From positions 124,422 through 188,421 of the forward strand of contig CAZYNP010000004.1 in assembly GCA_964647995.1 (NCBI GenBank): a DNA stretch of 64,000 nt, written 5' to 3'. Both the position numbers and the translations under genes were made by a program. The notes beneath the pieces are model-generated. The model was not told the origin of the DNA. It ran no database searches and was given only the letters and a program-made list of their open reading frames with translations. Origin of the DNA: an uncultured Cytophagia bacterium (GTDB lineage Bacteria; Zhuqueibacterota; Zhuqueibacteria; Thermofontimicrobiales; Thermofontimicrobiaceae). Below, piece after piece: positions 20,433 to 30,964 of this stretch; position 1 is the first letter of the stretch; the number at the start of each line of letters is the position of its first letter.

Positions 20433-21347
20433 CTATGTCAGCTCAATGCTGCCGATGATGTCCTTCACATCCGGTATGCCCTGCGCTTCCAGGTACAGTT
20501 CCAGATCCCTCACCATTTGCTCGGCAGCATGTGGGTCAATGAAATTAGCCGTTCCCACTTCGATGGCCGTGGCACCAGTAATCAGAAATTCCAGCACATC
20601 CGCCGCATTCATAATGCCGCCAATCCCGATCACCGGTATCGCCACCGCCCGAGTGACTTCGAACACTTTGGCGATAGCAATCGGTTTGATCGCTGGCCCG
20701 GACAGCCCGCCGGTGACCGTCGCCAATTTCGGCCGCCGTCGCTGAATATCAACCGCCATGCCGACCAACGTATTGATTACGGCCAGCGCATCGGCGCCAG
20801 CCGCTTCCGCCGCACGGGCAATCTCTCCAATCGAAGTAACATTGGGACTCAGCTTGACGATCAAACACCGCTGAGTAGCTTTTCGGGCAGTTGCGGTAAC
20901 CTCGGCCGTAATCTTTGGGCTGGCACCAAAAGCCATGCCCCCTTCTTTTACATTCGGGCAGGATACATTCAACTCATAGCCGTCCGCGCCGCCGGCCGCC
21001 TCGATCGTTGCGATCACCCGACCGAATTCATCGATGGTTTTGCCGGCAATATTGACGATTACCGCGGTTTGCAGCGTTTTCAAAAACGGCAGTTTCTCCT
21101 GGATAAACTCTTGAACGCCAACATTGGCCAAGCCAATGGAATTGAGCATTCCCGCGGCGGTTTCCACAATTCGCGGCGGCGGATTTCCGGGACGCGGCAA
21201 TTCGGTGATGGCTTTGGTGACCAGACCGCCGAGGCGATTTAAATTTAGAAATGGCGAAAATTCAGCCCCATAGCCGAAAGTTCCGGATGCAGTTAGGATC
21301 GGATTTTTTAATTTTAATGGACCGAGTTTGACCGAAAGGTTAATCAC
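20433..21347 (-). CDS. pyrD: dihydroorotate dehydrogenase (class 1B) catalytic subunit
   Basis: 304 aa, MINLSVKLGPLKLKNPILTASGTFGYGAEF..., a TIM-barrel flavoprotein with the PyrD signature. Confidence 0.9.
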   Translation of the reverse strand: MINLSVKLGPLKLKNPILTASGTFGYGAEFSPFLNLNRLGGLVTKAITELPRPGNPPPRIVETAAGMLNSIGLANVGVQEFIQEKLPFLKTLQTAVIVNIAGKTIDEFGRVIATIEAAGGADGYELNVSCPNVKEGGMAFGASPKITAEVTATARKATQRCLIVKLSPNVTSIGEIARAAEAAGADALAVINTLVGMAVDIQRRRPKLATVTGGLSGPAIKPIAIAKVFEVTRAVAIPVIGIGGIMNAADVLEFLITGATAIEVGTANFIDPHAAEQMVRDLELYLEAQGIPDVKDIIGSIELT

Positions 21348-22182
21348 TGAAATCTATCTCGCTTGAAAAAAATACGGGGCCATCTTTGCATACATATTTA
21401 AATGAATTTGTGGCGGTAGCCGATTTGACGACGCAGCCCAGACAGACTCCAAAGCCACAGGCCATCATGGTCTCCAGCGATACCTGGCAGGGGATCTGCG
21501 CCGCGGCAGCCATCATGTTCACCTGCTGCAACATGGCATTTGGTCCACAAGCATAGATCATCGTGCGCGGCATCTGCCAGAGCTCCGGGTGGGCCAGGGC
21601 CAGGTCGGTCACTTTTCCAATAAAACCGAGCGACCCATCCTCCGTGGCGATCCAACTCTGGACTCCCAATTCGTTGAATTCATCCTGACAACAGCAGCCG
21701 GTTTGCGATTTATTGCCATAGAGCAGCGTTACGGCCATCTGTTGCTGCCGGAGTTCCTGGGCTAAAAACAGCAGCGGCGCAATTCCCAACCCCCCAGCTA
21801 TCAACACCGCCTGGCGGAATTCTTCCTGCACCTGAAAAGCGTTTCCCAGTGGCCCCAATAAATCCAGTTCATCCCCCACCGAGCAGCGACTGAGCCATTC
21901 CGTGCCGGGTCCCAGGATTTTAAATAGTATCTCCAACCAGCCGGCGTTTCGATCGACACGATGAATGCTGAACGGCCGCCGCAACAGAGGGAAGTAGCCC
22001 TGCCCCACTTTGATATTTACGAATTGTCCCGGCAACGAGAACCCTACCAATTCAGCCGCCGAAATCCGCAATCGAACGATATCGCGGTTCAATCGCTCAT
22101 GCCGGATGATGCGCTGTTTGCTGAGCCGGGGGGATTGAGCAGCAGGAATTTCAAATTGTCGGTCATTCATGGCGCTTACCAC
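21340..22182 (-). CDS. pyrK: dihydroorotate dehydrogenase electron-transfer subunit
   Basis: 280 aa with FAD/NAD-binding domains and a C-terminal 2Fe-2S cysteine cluster CGFGVCLGCVV. Overlaps pyrD by 8 nt. Confidence 0.85.
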   Translation of the reverse strand: MVSAMNDRQFEIPAAQSPRLSKQRIIRHERLNRDIVRLRISAAELVGFSLPGQFVNIKVGQGYFPLLRRPFSIHRVDRNAGWLEILFKILGPGTEWLSRCSVGDELDLLGPLGNAFQVQEEFRQAVLIAGGLGIAPLLFLAQELRQQQMAVTLLYGNKSQTGCCCQDEFNELGVQSWIATEDGSLGFIGKVTDLALAHPELWQMPRTMIYACGPNAMLQQVNMMAAAAQIPCQVSLETMMACGFGVCLGCVVKSATATNSFKYVCKDGPVFFSSEIDFSD

Positions 22183-24380
22183 CGTTTGGGCGTTTTCCGT
22201 CGCGGATCATTTTTTTGCATCTCCTGACGCAAAAAGAGCCGATATTTTTCCTGCTCCAGGGAAGTCACTTCCGCCACCTGGGTCGTATCACTGGCAGCAA
22301 TGACCTTTTCTCGGTCGATATCGCTCTCGGCCAGCGCCAATGAATCGGCCGATTCCCCTTTCGCGGCAGCCGCTCGCGCCTGGCGAACCTTTTCGACCTT
22401 AGCCTTTACGCGTTTGGCATAAATGGAGGCTGGATAATTCTCCAGCAGGTTTTCATAGGCCTGAAATGCTTTATCCGGCTGGCGCATGCTATGTTCATAT
22501 ACCCAGCCCGCTGCCAGCAGCGCTTTGGGTGCCCACTCCGATTGCGGAAAATTTCGGAAGATAGACTCGAAGGTATCGATAGCGTAGTCATAATTCTGAG
22601 ATTCGAGATAGGCCTTCTCCGCTGTACGAAATTTTTCCGCCAGCGGCGCTTCGTAATCGGTCACTGGCAACGTTCTGATTTTTTTGCGGGCATGACGCGC
22701 CAGGGGATCATCGGGATATAATGTGACCAGACGCTGATAGACCGAATCGGCCAGCGAGGTGTCTTTTTTATAAGTTTCACAAATGAAGCCAATGGTAAAC
22801 AGTGTTTTGGGGATAATCGTTCGCGAGGTATCCATTTCCAAAACGTCGATGAATTCCTTCAATGCCGAATCGGGTTGATTGAATTCAAACAAATACAGCT
22901 CGCCCAGCAACAGCTTATCTTTAACCAGTTCCTGCTGGGGTGTCCCCAGTTCGCCGGTTTTAAGCAACATTTTCTGATTCTGATTCAGCGGCTGCGGTTG
23001 CCGCAGCGACCGCTCCGACCCTTCCTGATCCCGCAATCTGGTCATTGAAGCTGTTGGATCTCGCTCATTGGCCAGCGTATCGGCGAGCGCCAGGCTGCTA
23101 TCGGCCCGAGCGCTGTCGCCCAAAGCGGGATCGAGTATTGGATTTGGTACCCGACCGACATCGACGCTATCCATCGCTGCGGCAATGGAATCACCTTTGG
23201 CGATCTTTTCGCGCTGGGCAGCGATATCAGCTTTCAATGCCAGCAAGCGTTGGATGCTCTTGCTCATGGCCGTCGCGCTGGCATTGGTCTCGGCTCTGGA
23301 ATTCTCAGCGACGGATTTGTCGTAATAATCTTTGGCAAATTGATATTCGGCCTTCTGCTCCTGATAGATTTTCCCCAAATAGAAGTATGCCGCAGCGGCT
23401 TCCTCGGTGCGCGGATGCTGGGTGGTAATGTCCAGATACCAGCCAATCGCGCTATTAAAGTCGCCTTTCAGTCGATAACAGTGGCCGATCTCGAGCCGAC
23501 AAAGCGGCCAGTTGGGTTCATTGACCGCATCCCCCAGGAAGTTGGAAAACAATTTGATTGCCTCATCATATTTTTCCATCTCTTTCAACGCTAAGCCGGC
23601 TCGCAGCATCACATTGAATTCGAATTTCTCATCGGGACTAAATTTGCGCGCTTGCTTGAAACTCTCAACAGCTTTGGCAAAATTTTTTAACTTGTAGTAG
23701 CATTCGCCCATTTCATAAAATGCATTGGCCCGCAACTCTTTTTTCCGGGCACGTTTGGCAGCCGTTTCATATTCACTAATGGCCGTAATATAATCGCCCT
23801 TGTGCTTGAACAAGCCGCCGAGCAGCAATTGGGCTTCGTCGCGCACATCATTGGGCACATCACTATTGAGAATATCATGAAAATTCTTCTCAGCCGTTTC
23901 ATAATCCTGAAGTTCGATATTGGTCTTTCCCAGCCACAATCGAGCTGCCGGAACAAATTCGCTGGTTCCGAAATTCTCAATCAGCTCCAGAAATTTCCGC
24001 TTGGCCTTATTGTAATCTTCCTTTCTAAAAAAACACTGACCCAACAAAAACAATGCATCATCGACATACTTGCTTTTGGGATAAAGCTCCAGCACCTTGG
24101 ATGCTTTCTCAATCGATTTATCATAATTTTTGATTTCCGAGGGGGTCACCTGGCTGCCACCCGAATTTACCGCCTGACCTCGTTTGCGAACATCACTTTC
24201 GCGTTTTAGTCGCTCCTTCTCAGCATCGCTGTAAAATTTTTTGGCATTGAAAAAAGTGTTATAATAGGCACAGCCGAAATTGCCGACCAGAAAAATAAGC
24301 ATGGCAGCAAAAATAAAGGCGCGCGGCCGAAATTGGCGCAGCAGCTTGAATGCAAATGTCGAGGTAGGGTGATTCATCAC
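22176..24380 (-). CDS. large tetratricopeptide-repeat lipoprotein
   Basis: 734 aa with an N-terminal signal plus Cys (FGCAYY) and many TPR units (AxxYYxLG, A..F..L). The C-terminal region is basic. Confidence 0.8.
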   Translation of the reverse strand: MMNHPTSTFAFKLLRQFRPRAFIFAAMLIFLVGNFGCAYYNTFFNAKKFYSDAEKERLKRESDVRKRGQAVNSGGSQVTPSEIKNYDKSIEKASKVLELYPKSKYVDDALFLLGQCFFRKEDYNKAKRKFLELIENFGTSEFVPAARLWLGKTNIELQDYETAEKNFHDILNSDVPNDVRDEAQLLLGGLFKHKGDYITAISEYETAAKRARKKELRANAFYEMGECYYKLKNFAKAVESFKQARKFSPDEKFEFNVMLRAGLALKEMEKYDEAIKLFSNFLGDAVNEPNWPLCRLEIGHCYRLKGDFNSAIGWYLDITTQHPRTEEAAAAYFYLGKIYQEQKAEYQFAKDYYDKSVAENSRAETNASATAMSKSIQRLLALKADIAAQREKIAKGDSIAAAMDSVDVGRVPNPILDPALGDSARADSSLALADTLANERDPTASMTRLRDQEGSERSLRQPQPLNQNQKMLLKTGELGTPQQELVKDKLLLGELYLFEFNQPDSALKEFIDVLEMDTSRTIIPKTLFTIGFICETYKKDTSLADSVYQRLVTLYPDDPLARHARKKIRTLPVTDYEAPLAEKFRTAEKAYLESQNYDYAIDTFESIFRNFPQSEWAPKALLAAGWVYEHSMRQPDKAFQAYENLLENYPASIYAKRVKAKVEKVRQARAAAAKGESADSLALAESDIDREKVIAASDTTQVAEVTSLEQEKYRLFLRQEMQKNDPRRKTPKRW

Positions 24381-24462
24381 TGGGACTAAAAGTTATGCCA
24401 TGGTTCTTTGCGCATCCATCGGAACAAGGCGCCATCTGGAAGCCACTTCATTCAAGACCGCC

Positions 24463-25257
24463 TCAATCCGCGGTCTCGGCCAGAGCAGTCATCAAACGCG
24501 GCAGAATTTCGCCCGACTTTCCCATAATACTTTCATCGACCACAGTGGAGATCGGTGTGGGCTCCAGGTTAATTTCAACCACATAGGCTCCGGCATATTT
24601 GGCTTCGATCGGCAACGATGCCGCTGGCTGCACAATAGCCGAGGTTCCCACACAGAGAAAAACTTCTGCTCGCCGGGCTGCTTCGAACGCCAGCCGCAGT
24701 TCTTGTTGCGGCAACGCTTCACCGAACCAGACCACATCCGGTCGGATCAGGCCCCCGCACTCGCAGCGCGGCAGCTCCGCGTCAGCCGCGAAGGATACCT
24801 CAGTCACTTGTTTATTACAGTCAACGCAACGGCTGCGCATAATGTTCCCATGCAGTTCATAGATTCTCTGGCTGCCAGCCAGGCGATGCAGGCCATCCAC
24901 ATTCTGGGTGATGAGATGAAACTCCGGGAATCGAGCTTCCATTGCCACCAGCGCATAGTGGCCAGCATTGGGTTTGACCTGGCTGATGAGATGTTTCCGA
25001 TAATTATACCACTCCCATACCAATCGGGGATTGCTGATGAACGCATCGAAGTTGGCCAACTCCTCGGGACGGAACTTTTTCCATAGCCCTTCGTCGCCAC
25101 GAAAAGTCGGCACCCCGCTTTCGGCGGAAATACCTGCTCCCGTCAGCACGCAGACCGCGTTTGCCTGTTTGAGTTTGGTTATCAATTGCGCTGAAAACAT
25201 ACCTTGCTCCTCAATATTCGTCGCTTCAAAAATAGGATAATTATCGTTCAGATGCAA
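24463..25257 (-). CDS. cobB: NAD-dependent protein deacylase (Sir2/CobB family)
   Basis: GAGISAESGVPTFRG, QNVDGLH, and a Zn ribbon CVDC...CECGG. The true start is probably an internal Met (MFSAQL) near 25200. Confidence 0.85.
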   Translation of the reverse strand: MHLNDNYPIFEATNIEEQGMFSAQLITKLKQANAVCVLTGAGISAESGVPTFRGDEGLWKKFRPEELANFDAFISNPRLVWEWYNYRKHLISQVKPNAGHYALVAMEARFPEFHLITQNVDGLHRLAGSQRIYELHGNIMRSRCVDCNKQVTEVSFAADAELPRCECGGLIRPDVVWFGEALPQQELRLAFEAARRAEVFLCVGTSAIVQPAASLPIEAKYAGAYVVEINLEPTPISTVVDESIMGKSGEILPRLMTALAETAD

Positions 25258-25446
25258 GGCTTTTGTTTAAAATTTTGTGATTTTCAACCAAAGGGAATAA
25301 TTTTTGTTGATCCATTGATTGTGCCTGGGATGATAAAGCGTCCTCTCGCCACCGATTATGACCGGTCTCAGCCTGGTTCAGCCGGTGGTAATTTTCCGGC
25401 CAGGCAATAAATTACAGTGAGTTTCAGATAAATACCATATTTTAAC

Positions 25447-25475
25447 TTGACCTTTTTAAAATTTATCGTTATAAT
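25447..25475 (+). promoter_or_regulatory. sigma70-like promoter, TTGACC-17nt-TATAAT
   Basis: Near-consensus -35 and -10 hexamers with a 17-nt spacer, about 35 nt upstream of the 25512 ORF. Confidence 0.5.
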
Positions 25476-25511
25476 ACAGCTAAATTTTCGTTCTGCAAGT
25501 CTCAAGCTGCA

Positions 25512-26048
25512 ATGCAATCATTCCAGTATGATGGAGGTGTTATGAGGTTATTTGTGAGGGTGATGGGCGCGTGGTTACTGGTTCTTCCGATTATCTTGCT
25601 ACTGAATCAGCCGCCTCTCCTGGGGCAGGATCAAAATTATCCGCGTGGGGCACAGTACTTTTTAGGCACCGACGACCAACTACTGATCAAAGTGAATATC
25701 TGGGGTTTTGTTGCCAAGCCCGGTCAGTATCTGGTGCCGCGCGATACTGATCTGATTTCGCTCATCTCCTTTGCCGGTGGTCCGCGTGAGGGTGCCAAAT
25801 TGGGCCATATCAAACTGATCCGTGCCAAGAAAACTGCCGATGAAAAGGACAAAATCATCCATATCAACGTCGACAAATATATCAAAAGTGGTCAGGAATC
25901 GCTAATCCCCCAATTAGAACCCAGCGATACCATTATTGTGAGCGGCTCCACCTGGTATCATGTCAATAACTTTCTGGCATTTGTAACCAGAGTCGCAGCC
26001 CTGGCTCAAATTTATTGGTGGATCGTTTACTATAGCAATCTCGATTGA
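25512..26048 (+). CDS. SLBB-domain polysaccharide-export-like periplasmic protein (Wza/GumB-like)
   Basis: 178 aa with a signal peptide and a beta-grasp motif LLIKVNIWGFVAKPGQYLVPRDTDLISLISFAGGPREGAKLGHIKLIR. Confidence 0.6.
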   Translation: MQSFQYDGGVMRLFVRVMGAWLLVLPIILLLNQPPLLGQDQNYPRGAQYFLGTDDQLLIKVNIWGFVAKPGQYLVPRDTDLISLISFAGGPREGAKLGHIKLIRAKKTADEKDKIIHINVDKYIKSGQESLIPQLEPSDTIIVSGSTWYHVNNFLAFVTRVAALAQIYWWIVYYSNLD

Positions 26049-26199
26049 TTATTCTTCAGCAGTTATATCCGATTAAGATGTTGTAACAACCAAAATATCT
26101 ATTGACAATTTATAAAAAAGAAGTAAATTAAAGTCATCAAACCGAAGTTATTTGGTACTGCTTCTTTTGAATTAAGACATCAACTTGGAGGTTTGAATT

Positions 26200-27366
26200 A
26201 TGAAATTACGCCGAATCGCTGGTGGGGGGATCATTTGGGTGTTGCTGTTAGCAGCCGTGCCGCTGACTTATGCCAATAACTTGAATGGCGGCAATGGTCT
26301 GGTCTATGTGAAGTCTGCCTGGAATTTAAAGCCCGGCTATCTCACCTTATCGGCCCGCACGCGCTTCTTTGGCAAAGTCGCCGCTTTAGCCCCCAATCAA
26401 ACCCAGGCCGTCACCTATTGGGATGTTCAGGGGGCGCTTAGCCTGAATTACGGCATTGGCGATCATATCGAATTCGCCCTGTCGCCTATCATGTATCAGG
26501 ACAATCACAAAGGCGGCAAAGGCTACAATCTGCCGGACGATCTATTTCTCGGCTTAAAATTGGGCTCCTATCCCATCAAAGGGACGTCACTAACCTGGGC
26601 GGTCAGTCTCAATTCTCGATTTCCCACTGCCAAATATCACAATGTCCCGTTCGAACCGTATTCCGCCGGCAGCGTGGAATGGGGATTCACTGGCATGCTA
26701 ACTTATTCGAAAGATCCCCTGTACCCTGAAGACAATCTCAATGTCCATGCCAATTTGGGCTACATCAATCACAATGACGTTGGCAAACGACTGACTCGTT
26801 ACAGCAATGACAATATCAGTGTCACGGCCATGAGCCAGCAACTGATCTATGGCCTTGGCTTCAAGATCCCGACATCCGATTTCGATTTCTCCATCGAATT
26901 ATTTGGGAATAAATTTCTCCAGCGCCCGCCCCTGGCTACTGCCTATAGCGTGGAGGACTATCTTTATCTTACGCCTGGAGTGCATTTCAAAGCCTATCGT
27001 TGGTTGACGCTGATCTTTGCTACCGACCTTAGGCTAACCGAGGATAAAGACAATACACTCTATACCTACGGCTGGAAAATCTATGATATGCCCAATTATC
27101 CTGCCTGGCGGATTAATTTAGGCCTGAATATGGTTCTGCTGCCAACCAGCGTCTACCGATTGAGCGATAAAGACATTCTAATGAAGAAGGCCGAAAGTCG
27201 CCGGGAGCTGTTCGAGCAAATCATCAAAGAACAGCGGGAAACCGAATCGGCCGAGGAAGAGTTAGAGCGAATCAAAGAAGAACGGCGCAAAGCCGAACGT
27301 GAGCTGGAACGGCTGCGACGTATTCTTGAAGGCGATGCCAAGAAAAAGAAAGACGACAATCAATAA
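26200..27366 (+). CDS. putative outer-membrane beta-barrel protein with a charged coiled-coil C-terminal tail
   Basis: 388 aa with a signal peptide and alternating amphipathic beta-strand pattern. The C-terminal ~60 aa are KE/R-rich (ERIKEERRKAERELERLRR). Strong RBS GGAGG. Confidence 0.55.
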   Translation: MKLRRIAGGGIIWVLLLAAVPLTYANNLNGGNGLVYVKSAWNLKPGYLTLSARTRFFGKVAALAPNQTQAVTYWDVQGALSLNYGIGDHIEFALSPIMYQDNHKGGKGYNLPDDLFLGLKLGSYPIKGTSLTWAVSLNSRFPTAKYHNVPFEPYSAGSVEWGFTGMLTYSKDPLYPEDNLNVHANLGYINHNDVGKRLTRYSNDNISVTAMSQQLIYGLGFKIPTSDFDFSIELFGNKFLQRPPLATAYSVEDYLYLTPGVHFKAYRWLTLIFATDLRLTEDKDNTLYTYGWKIYDMPNYPAWRINLGLNMVLLPTSVYRLSDKDILMKKAESRRELFEQIIKEQRETESAEEELERIKEERRKAERELERLRRILEGDAKKKKDDNQ

Positions 27367-27390
27367 CATTTAGCAACCGATTTCTTTGTG

Positions 27391-27430
27391 AAGCTCCTTG
27401 TCCTGTCATTTGGGCAAGGAGCTTTTTTGT
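27391..27430 (+). terminator. intrinsic terminator
   Basis: aagctccttg...caaggagctt stem followed by TTTTTTG, directly after the 26200 ORF. Confidence 0.7.
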
Positions 27431-27503
27431 TGTCTTCTGTCAACCATCGCCAGGAAACGGCTACCATTTCGCGCTTGAAAATTTTATAAAAATAAAGATT
27501 CGG

Positions 27504-27532
27504 CTTGACTTTTTACGATTGTTGGCTTATAT
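27504..27532 (+). promoter_or_regulatory. sigma70-like promoter TTGACT-17nt-TATATT with a ~250-nt leader
   Basis: Hexamers and spacing read directly. It would give the OmpA-family gene an unusually long 5' UTR. Confidence 0.4.
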
Positions 27533-27786
27533 TCTTACCCAGAATAGCGGAACAATATAGCGAATTCCGGATCTCAGCAATCAGAATTGCCGCCGGCAAA
27601 TTTCTGACCAACGACAATCGATCACTGAGAAATTACTTCTGTTTTCGATGCAGGATCAGTTCCTGCCACGGACAAGACACGATTTACCTATATTTTTTTG
27701 AACCAAATTGCATCTTCCTGAGCACTTATCGATAGCAACAGGGTTTAGACATCCTTTGTCGACTGTCAAACGGATACTTCAAAATT

Positions 27787-29286
27787 TTGGGAGACTGTGC
27801 TATGAACAAGTGTTATCCTCGTTGTCTACCTTCTAACAAAATGAACCATATCTTCTGGCTATCACTGCTGCTGGCCCTGGGAGTTGTCCTGCTTTCTGCT
27901 GCTGCCCATGCCCAGGACAACATCAAAGCGCGGGTCTTTCAACGGGTCACCGATCTTCTGAACGAGGCCAAAGCCGAACAAGCCGACCTGCTGTCGCCAA
28001 CCACATTTACCAAAGCGATGCAGGAATATGAACAGGCAGCGAAGGATTTCGATCGTGGGAAAAATGTCCAGAAAAAAATTGGCGAGGTGAAAACGCTGCT
28101 GGAGTCGGCAGTGGAAAACGCCAAACTGGCCAAGATCACGCTGCCACACCTGTTGCAGGCTCGTGAGGATGCTCTCGAGGCCAATGCCACCGAATTTGCC
28201 AAAGCTGCCTATGATAAGGCAGAGATGCTGTTTTATGAGACAACCACCACCCTGGAAAAAGGGGCTCTGGATAAAGCCAAAGAAAGAGCATTGACCACCG
28301 AAAAACTCTATCGAGAGGCCGAGTTGCTCGCTATCAAAGCCAGCATCATTGGCAATGCCAAACTGCGACTGCAACAGTCACAGGAGCAAAATGTCAATAA
28401 GTTTGCGCCCATTACCTTCAAAAATGCGGAGACACTACTGGCAGAAGCCGAAAAAATCCTGACCAGTGACCGTAGCGCCAAATCCGAAGCGCGGCAGAAG
28501 GCTGAGGCCGCCGCCTACGAAATCGAACATGCCATTTATCTGTCCAAGATCATCCAGGCATTACGAAAAGACGAAGCCAATTGGGAAAAGCTGATCTTGC
28601 AAAATGAGAAATATCTTTCTCAGATCATTGCTCAATTGGGATTTGCACCTGAATTCAATGAGGGCTTCGACCGGCCGGTTAAGTCCGCCGTCGATGCCAT
28701 TATTAATTTGCAAAAAGAGAAACAGAAGCTGGCCAATGAAATTTCCAGCCAGGATCAAACCATTGAATCACTCAATGGGACGATCATGAAACTCAGGGCG
28801 GAACTGGATCAAACCAAGGAACAGGAAGCCGGTTTGAAGGCGCGGCTGGCACTGGAACAGCAAAAACGGGAGCGCTTTCAGAAAATCGAATCGATCTTCG
28901 AGCCAGAAGAGGCGGCTGTGTTGCGCGAAGGCGATCAAATCCGGATTCGATTGTTGAAATTGAATTTTCTCAAGGGCAAAGCCGTGATCGAGCCAGAATA
29001 TTTCCAGTTGCTGACCAAGTTGCAGCGCGTGATTCGGATGCTGGATGAATATCATGTGGCCATCGAAGGTCACACCGATAACATCGGAGATGATCGCGTC
29101 AATCAGTCGCTCTCCCTGCAACGCGCCAAAGCAGTAAAAGCCTATTTGATGGCCAATATGGCATTGACCGAGGATCAAATTTCGGCCATCGGCTATGGGG
29201 AGAGCAAACCTATCGCTTCCAATGATAACGAAGCCGGTCGCGCTCAGAACCGTCGCATCGATGTGGTGTTCACACCCAATCAATAA
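27787..29286 (+). CDS. OmpA-family protein (coiled-coil N-region, C-terminal OmpA/peptidoglycan-binding domain)
   Basis: C-terminal HTDNIGDDRVNQSLSLQRAKAVKAYLM...GYGESKPIASNDNEAGRAQNRRIDVVF. The likely real start is Met 27841 (MNHIFWLSLLLALGVVLLSAAAHA signal peptide). Confidence 0.85.
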   Translation: MGDCAMNKCYPRCLPSNKMNHIFWLSLLLALGVVLLSAAAHAQDNIKARVFQRVTDLLNEAKAEQADLLSPTTFTKAMQEYEQAAKDFDRGKNVQKKIGEVKTLLESAVENAKLAKITLPHLLQAREDALEANATEFAKAAYDKAEMLFYETTTTLEKGALDKAKERALTTEKLYREAELLAIKASIIGNAKLRLQQSQEQNVNKFAPITFKNAETLLAEAEKILTSDRSAKSEARQKAEAAAYEIEHAIYLSKIIQALRKDEANWEKLILQNEKYLSQIIAQLGFAPEFNEGFDRPVKSAVDAIINLQKEKQKLANEISSQDQTIESLNGTIMKLRAELDQTKEQEAGLKARLALEQQKRERFQKIESIFEPEEAAVLREGDQIRIRLLKLNFLKGKAVIEPEYFQLLTKLQRVIRMLDEYHVAIEGHTDNIGDDRVNQSLSLQRAKAVKAYLMANMALTEDQISAIGYGESKPIASNDNEAGRAQNRRIDVVFTPNQ

Positions 29287-29350
29287 CCATTGCCTTGCGA
29301 CCTGAAGCCCGATAGGCCAGCGACACTATCAATCGAACGAGCAAGCCAGC

Positions 29351-29887
29351 ATGATTCGAAAGCGATTATTATTACATACCTGTTGTGCGCCATGCGTGGT
29401 GGTGCCGGTGGAGCGATTGGCCGCGCAATACGACATTACCTGTTTCTTTTTCAATCCCAATATTCAGCCGGCCGAAGAGTATCACCGGCGGCTGGCTGAA
29501 CTGGAACGAATCCGTGAGCGCTTGAATGTCGAAATGATCGTTCCGGCTTATGATCCCGATCGGTGGCTGGAGTTGGTGCGCGGCCTGGAAGCTGAGCCCG
29601 AAGGCGGCAGGCGCTGCGCCATTTGCTTTCAGGTTCGGCTGGAGGCTACCGCACAGGTAGCAAAAGAACGACAATTTGATGTGATGACCACTACTTTGAC
29701 GATCAGTCCCCACAAAAATGCTGCGCTGATCAATCAAATTGGCCAAACGCTCGGCGAAACGTATGGCGTGGCGTTTCTGGAAGAGAATTTCAAAAAGAAA
29801 GATGGTTACAAACGAAGCATCGAACTGAGCAAACTCCATCAGCTCTACCGGCAACATTACTGCGGTTGCATCTTCAGTCAACCATGA
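29351..29887 (+). CDS. queH: epoxyqueuosine reductase QueH (DUF208)
   Basis: 178 aa, LLLHTCCAPCVVVP...RRCAICFQVRL...YRQHYCGCIFS, the QueH Cys motifs. Confidence 0.85.
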   Translation: MIRKRLLLHTCCAPCVVVPVERLAAQYDITCFFFNPNIQPAEEYHRRLAELERIRERLNVEMIVPAYDPDRWLELVRGLEAEPEGGRRCAICFQVRLEATAQVAKERQFDVMTTTLTISPHKNAALINQIGQTLGETYGVAFLEENFKKKDGYKRSIELSKLHQLYRQHYCGCIFSQP

Positions 29888-29897
29888 GCGTCAGGAA

Positions 29898-30929
29898 TTG
29901 GAGGAGCGGGGTATGAGAGAAGCCATGTTTTATCGCCAGTTGGAAGAGGACCGAGTGATCTGTGAGTTGTGTCCTCATTTCTGCAAACTAAAAACCGAAC
30001 AAATTGGGATTTGCGGTGTTCGTAAAAATATCGCAGGCCATTTATATTCGCTGGTCTATGGCCATGCCATTGCCGTTCATGTCGATCCCATCGAAAAAAA
30101 ACCGCTGTTTCATGTAATTCCGGGCACGGGGTCTTTCTCCCTGGCAACCGTTGGTTGCAACTTCCATTGCAAATTTTGCCAGAACCATGACATTTCTCAG
30201 GTGAATAAAAACGGCGACTTGAAATACTATGGCCAGGAAATCAATCCAGAAGACATTGTGACCATGGCCCGGCGCAATGGTTGCCGTTCCATTGCCTATA
30301 CCTACACCGAGCCGACGATCTATTTTGAATATGCCTATTATTCAGCCCGGCTGGCCCACGAAGCAGGATTGCTGAATGTGTTGGTGACCAATGGGTATAT
30401 CAATCCAGAGCCGCTGCGGTTCATCAGCGAATTTATCGATGCGGCGAATGTCGATCTCAAAAGTTTCAGCGATAATTTCTACAAAAAATTTGCCGGCGCC
30501 AAAATTGCTCCAGTCCTGGAGACACTCAAACTGATGAAACAACTCAATATTTGGGTTGAAATCACCACCCTGGTTATTCCCGGCGAAAATGATTCGCCAC
30601 AAGAGCTGCAGCAAATAGCGAGCTTTATCAAGAATGAACTGGGGCCGGAGACGCCCTGGCACATCAGTCGTTTTTATCCCCAATATCAGATGCATGATCA
30701 TCCGCCGACCCCGCAGGCAACGTTAGAAAGGGCCCACAGCATCGGACGGGAACAGGGACTGCGATATGTTTACCTGGGCAATGTGCCCGGCAATGCTGCA
30801 GAAAACACTTATTGTTATGCCTGTGGCAAGCTGCTGATCGAGCGATTTGGTTATCAGATAATCGAAAATAATATCCAATCTGGTACCTGTAAATACTGTC
30901 AGACCACCATCGATGGCCTGTTTAGCTAA
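29898..30929 (+). CDS. AmmeMemoRadiSam-system-type radical SAM enzyme (PFL-activase-like)
   Basis: 343 aa, REAMFYRQLEEDRVICELCPHFCKLKTEQIGICGVRKNIAGHLYSL...DPIEKKPLFHVIPGTGSFSLATVGCNFHCKFCQNHDISQ, with an N-terminal Cys cluster plus CxxxCxxC. Starts 10 nt after queH. Confidence 0.8.
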   Translation: MEERGMREAMFYRQLEEDRVICELCPHFCKLKTEQIGICGVRKNIAGHLYSLVYGHAIAVHVDPIEKKPLFHVIPGTGSFSLATVGCNFHCKFCQNHDISQVNKNGDLKYYGQEINPEDIVTMARRNGCRSIAYTYTEPTIYFEYAYYSARLAHEAGLLNVLVTNGYINPEPLRFISEFIDAANVDLKSFSDNFYKKFAGAKIAPVLETLKLMKQLNIWVEITTLVIPGENDSPQELQQIASFIKNELGPETPWHISRFYPQYQMHDHPPTPQATLERAHSIGREQGLRYVYLGNVPGNAAENTYCYACGKLLIERFGYQIIENNIQSGTCKYCQTTIDGLFS

Positions 30930-30964
30930 TCTTACATCAATACAAACCAAAGGAGACCACCCAC

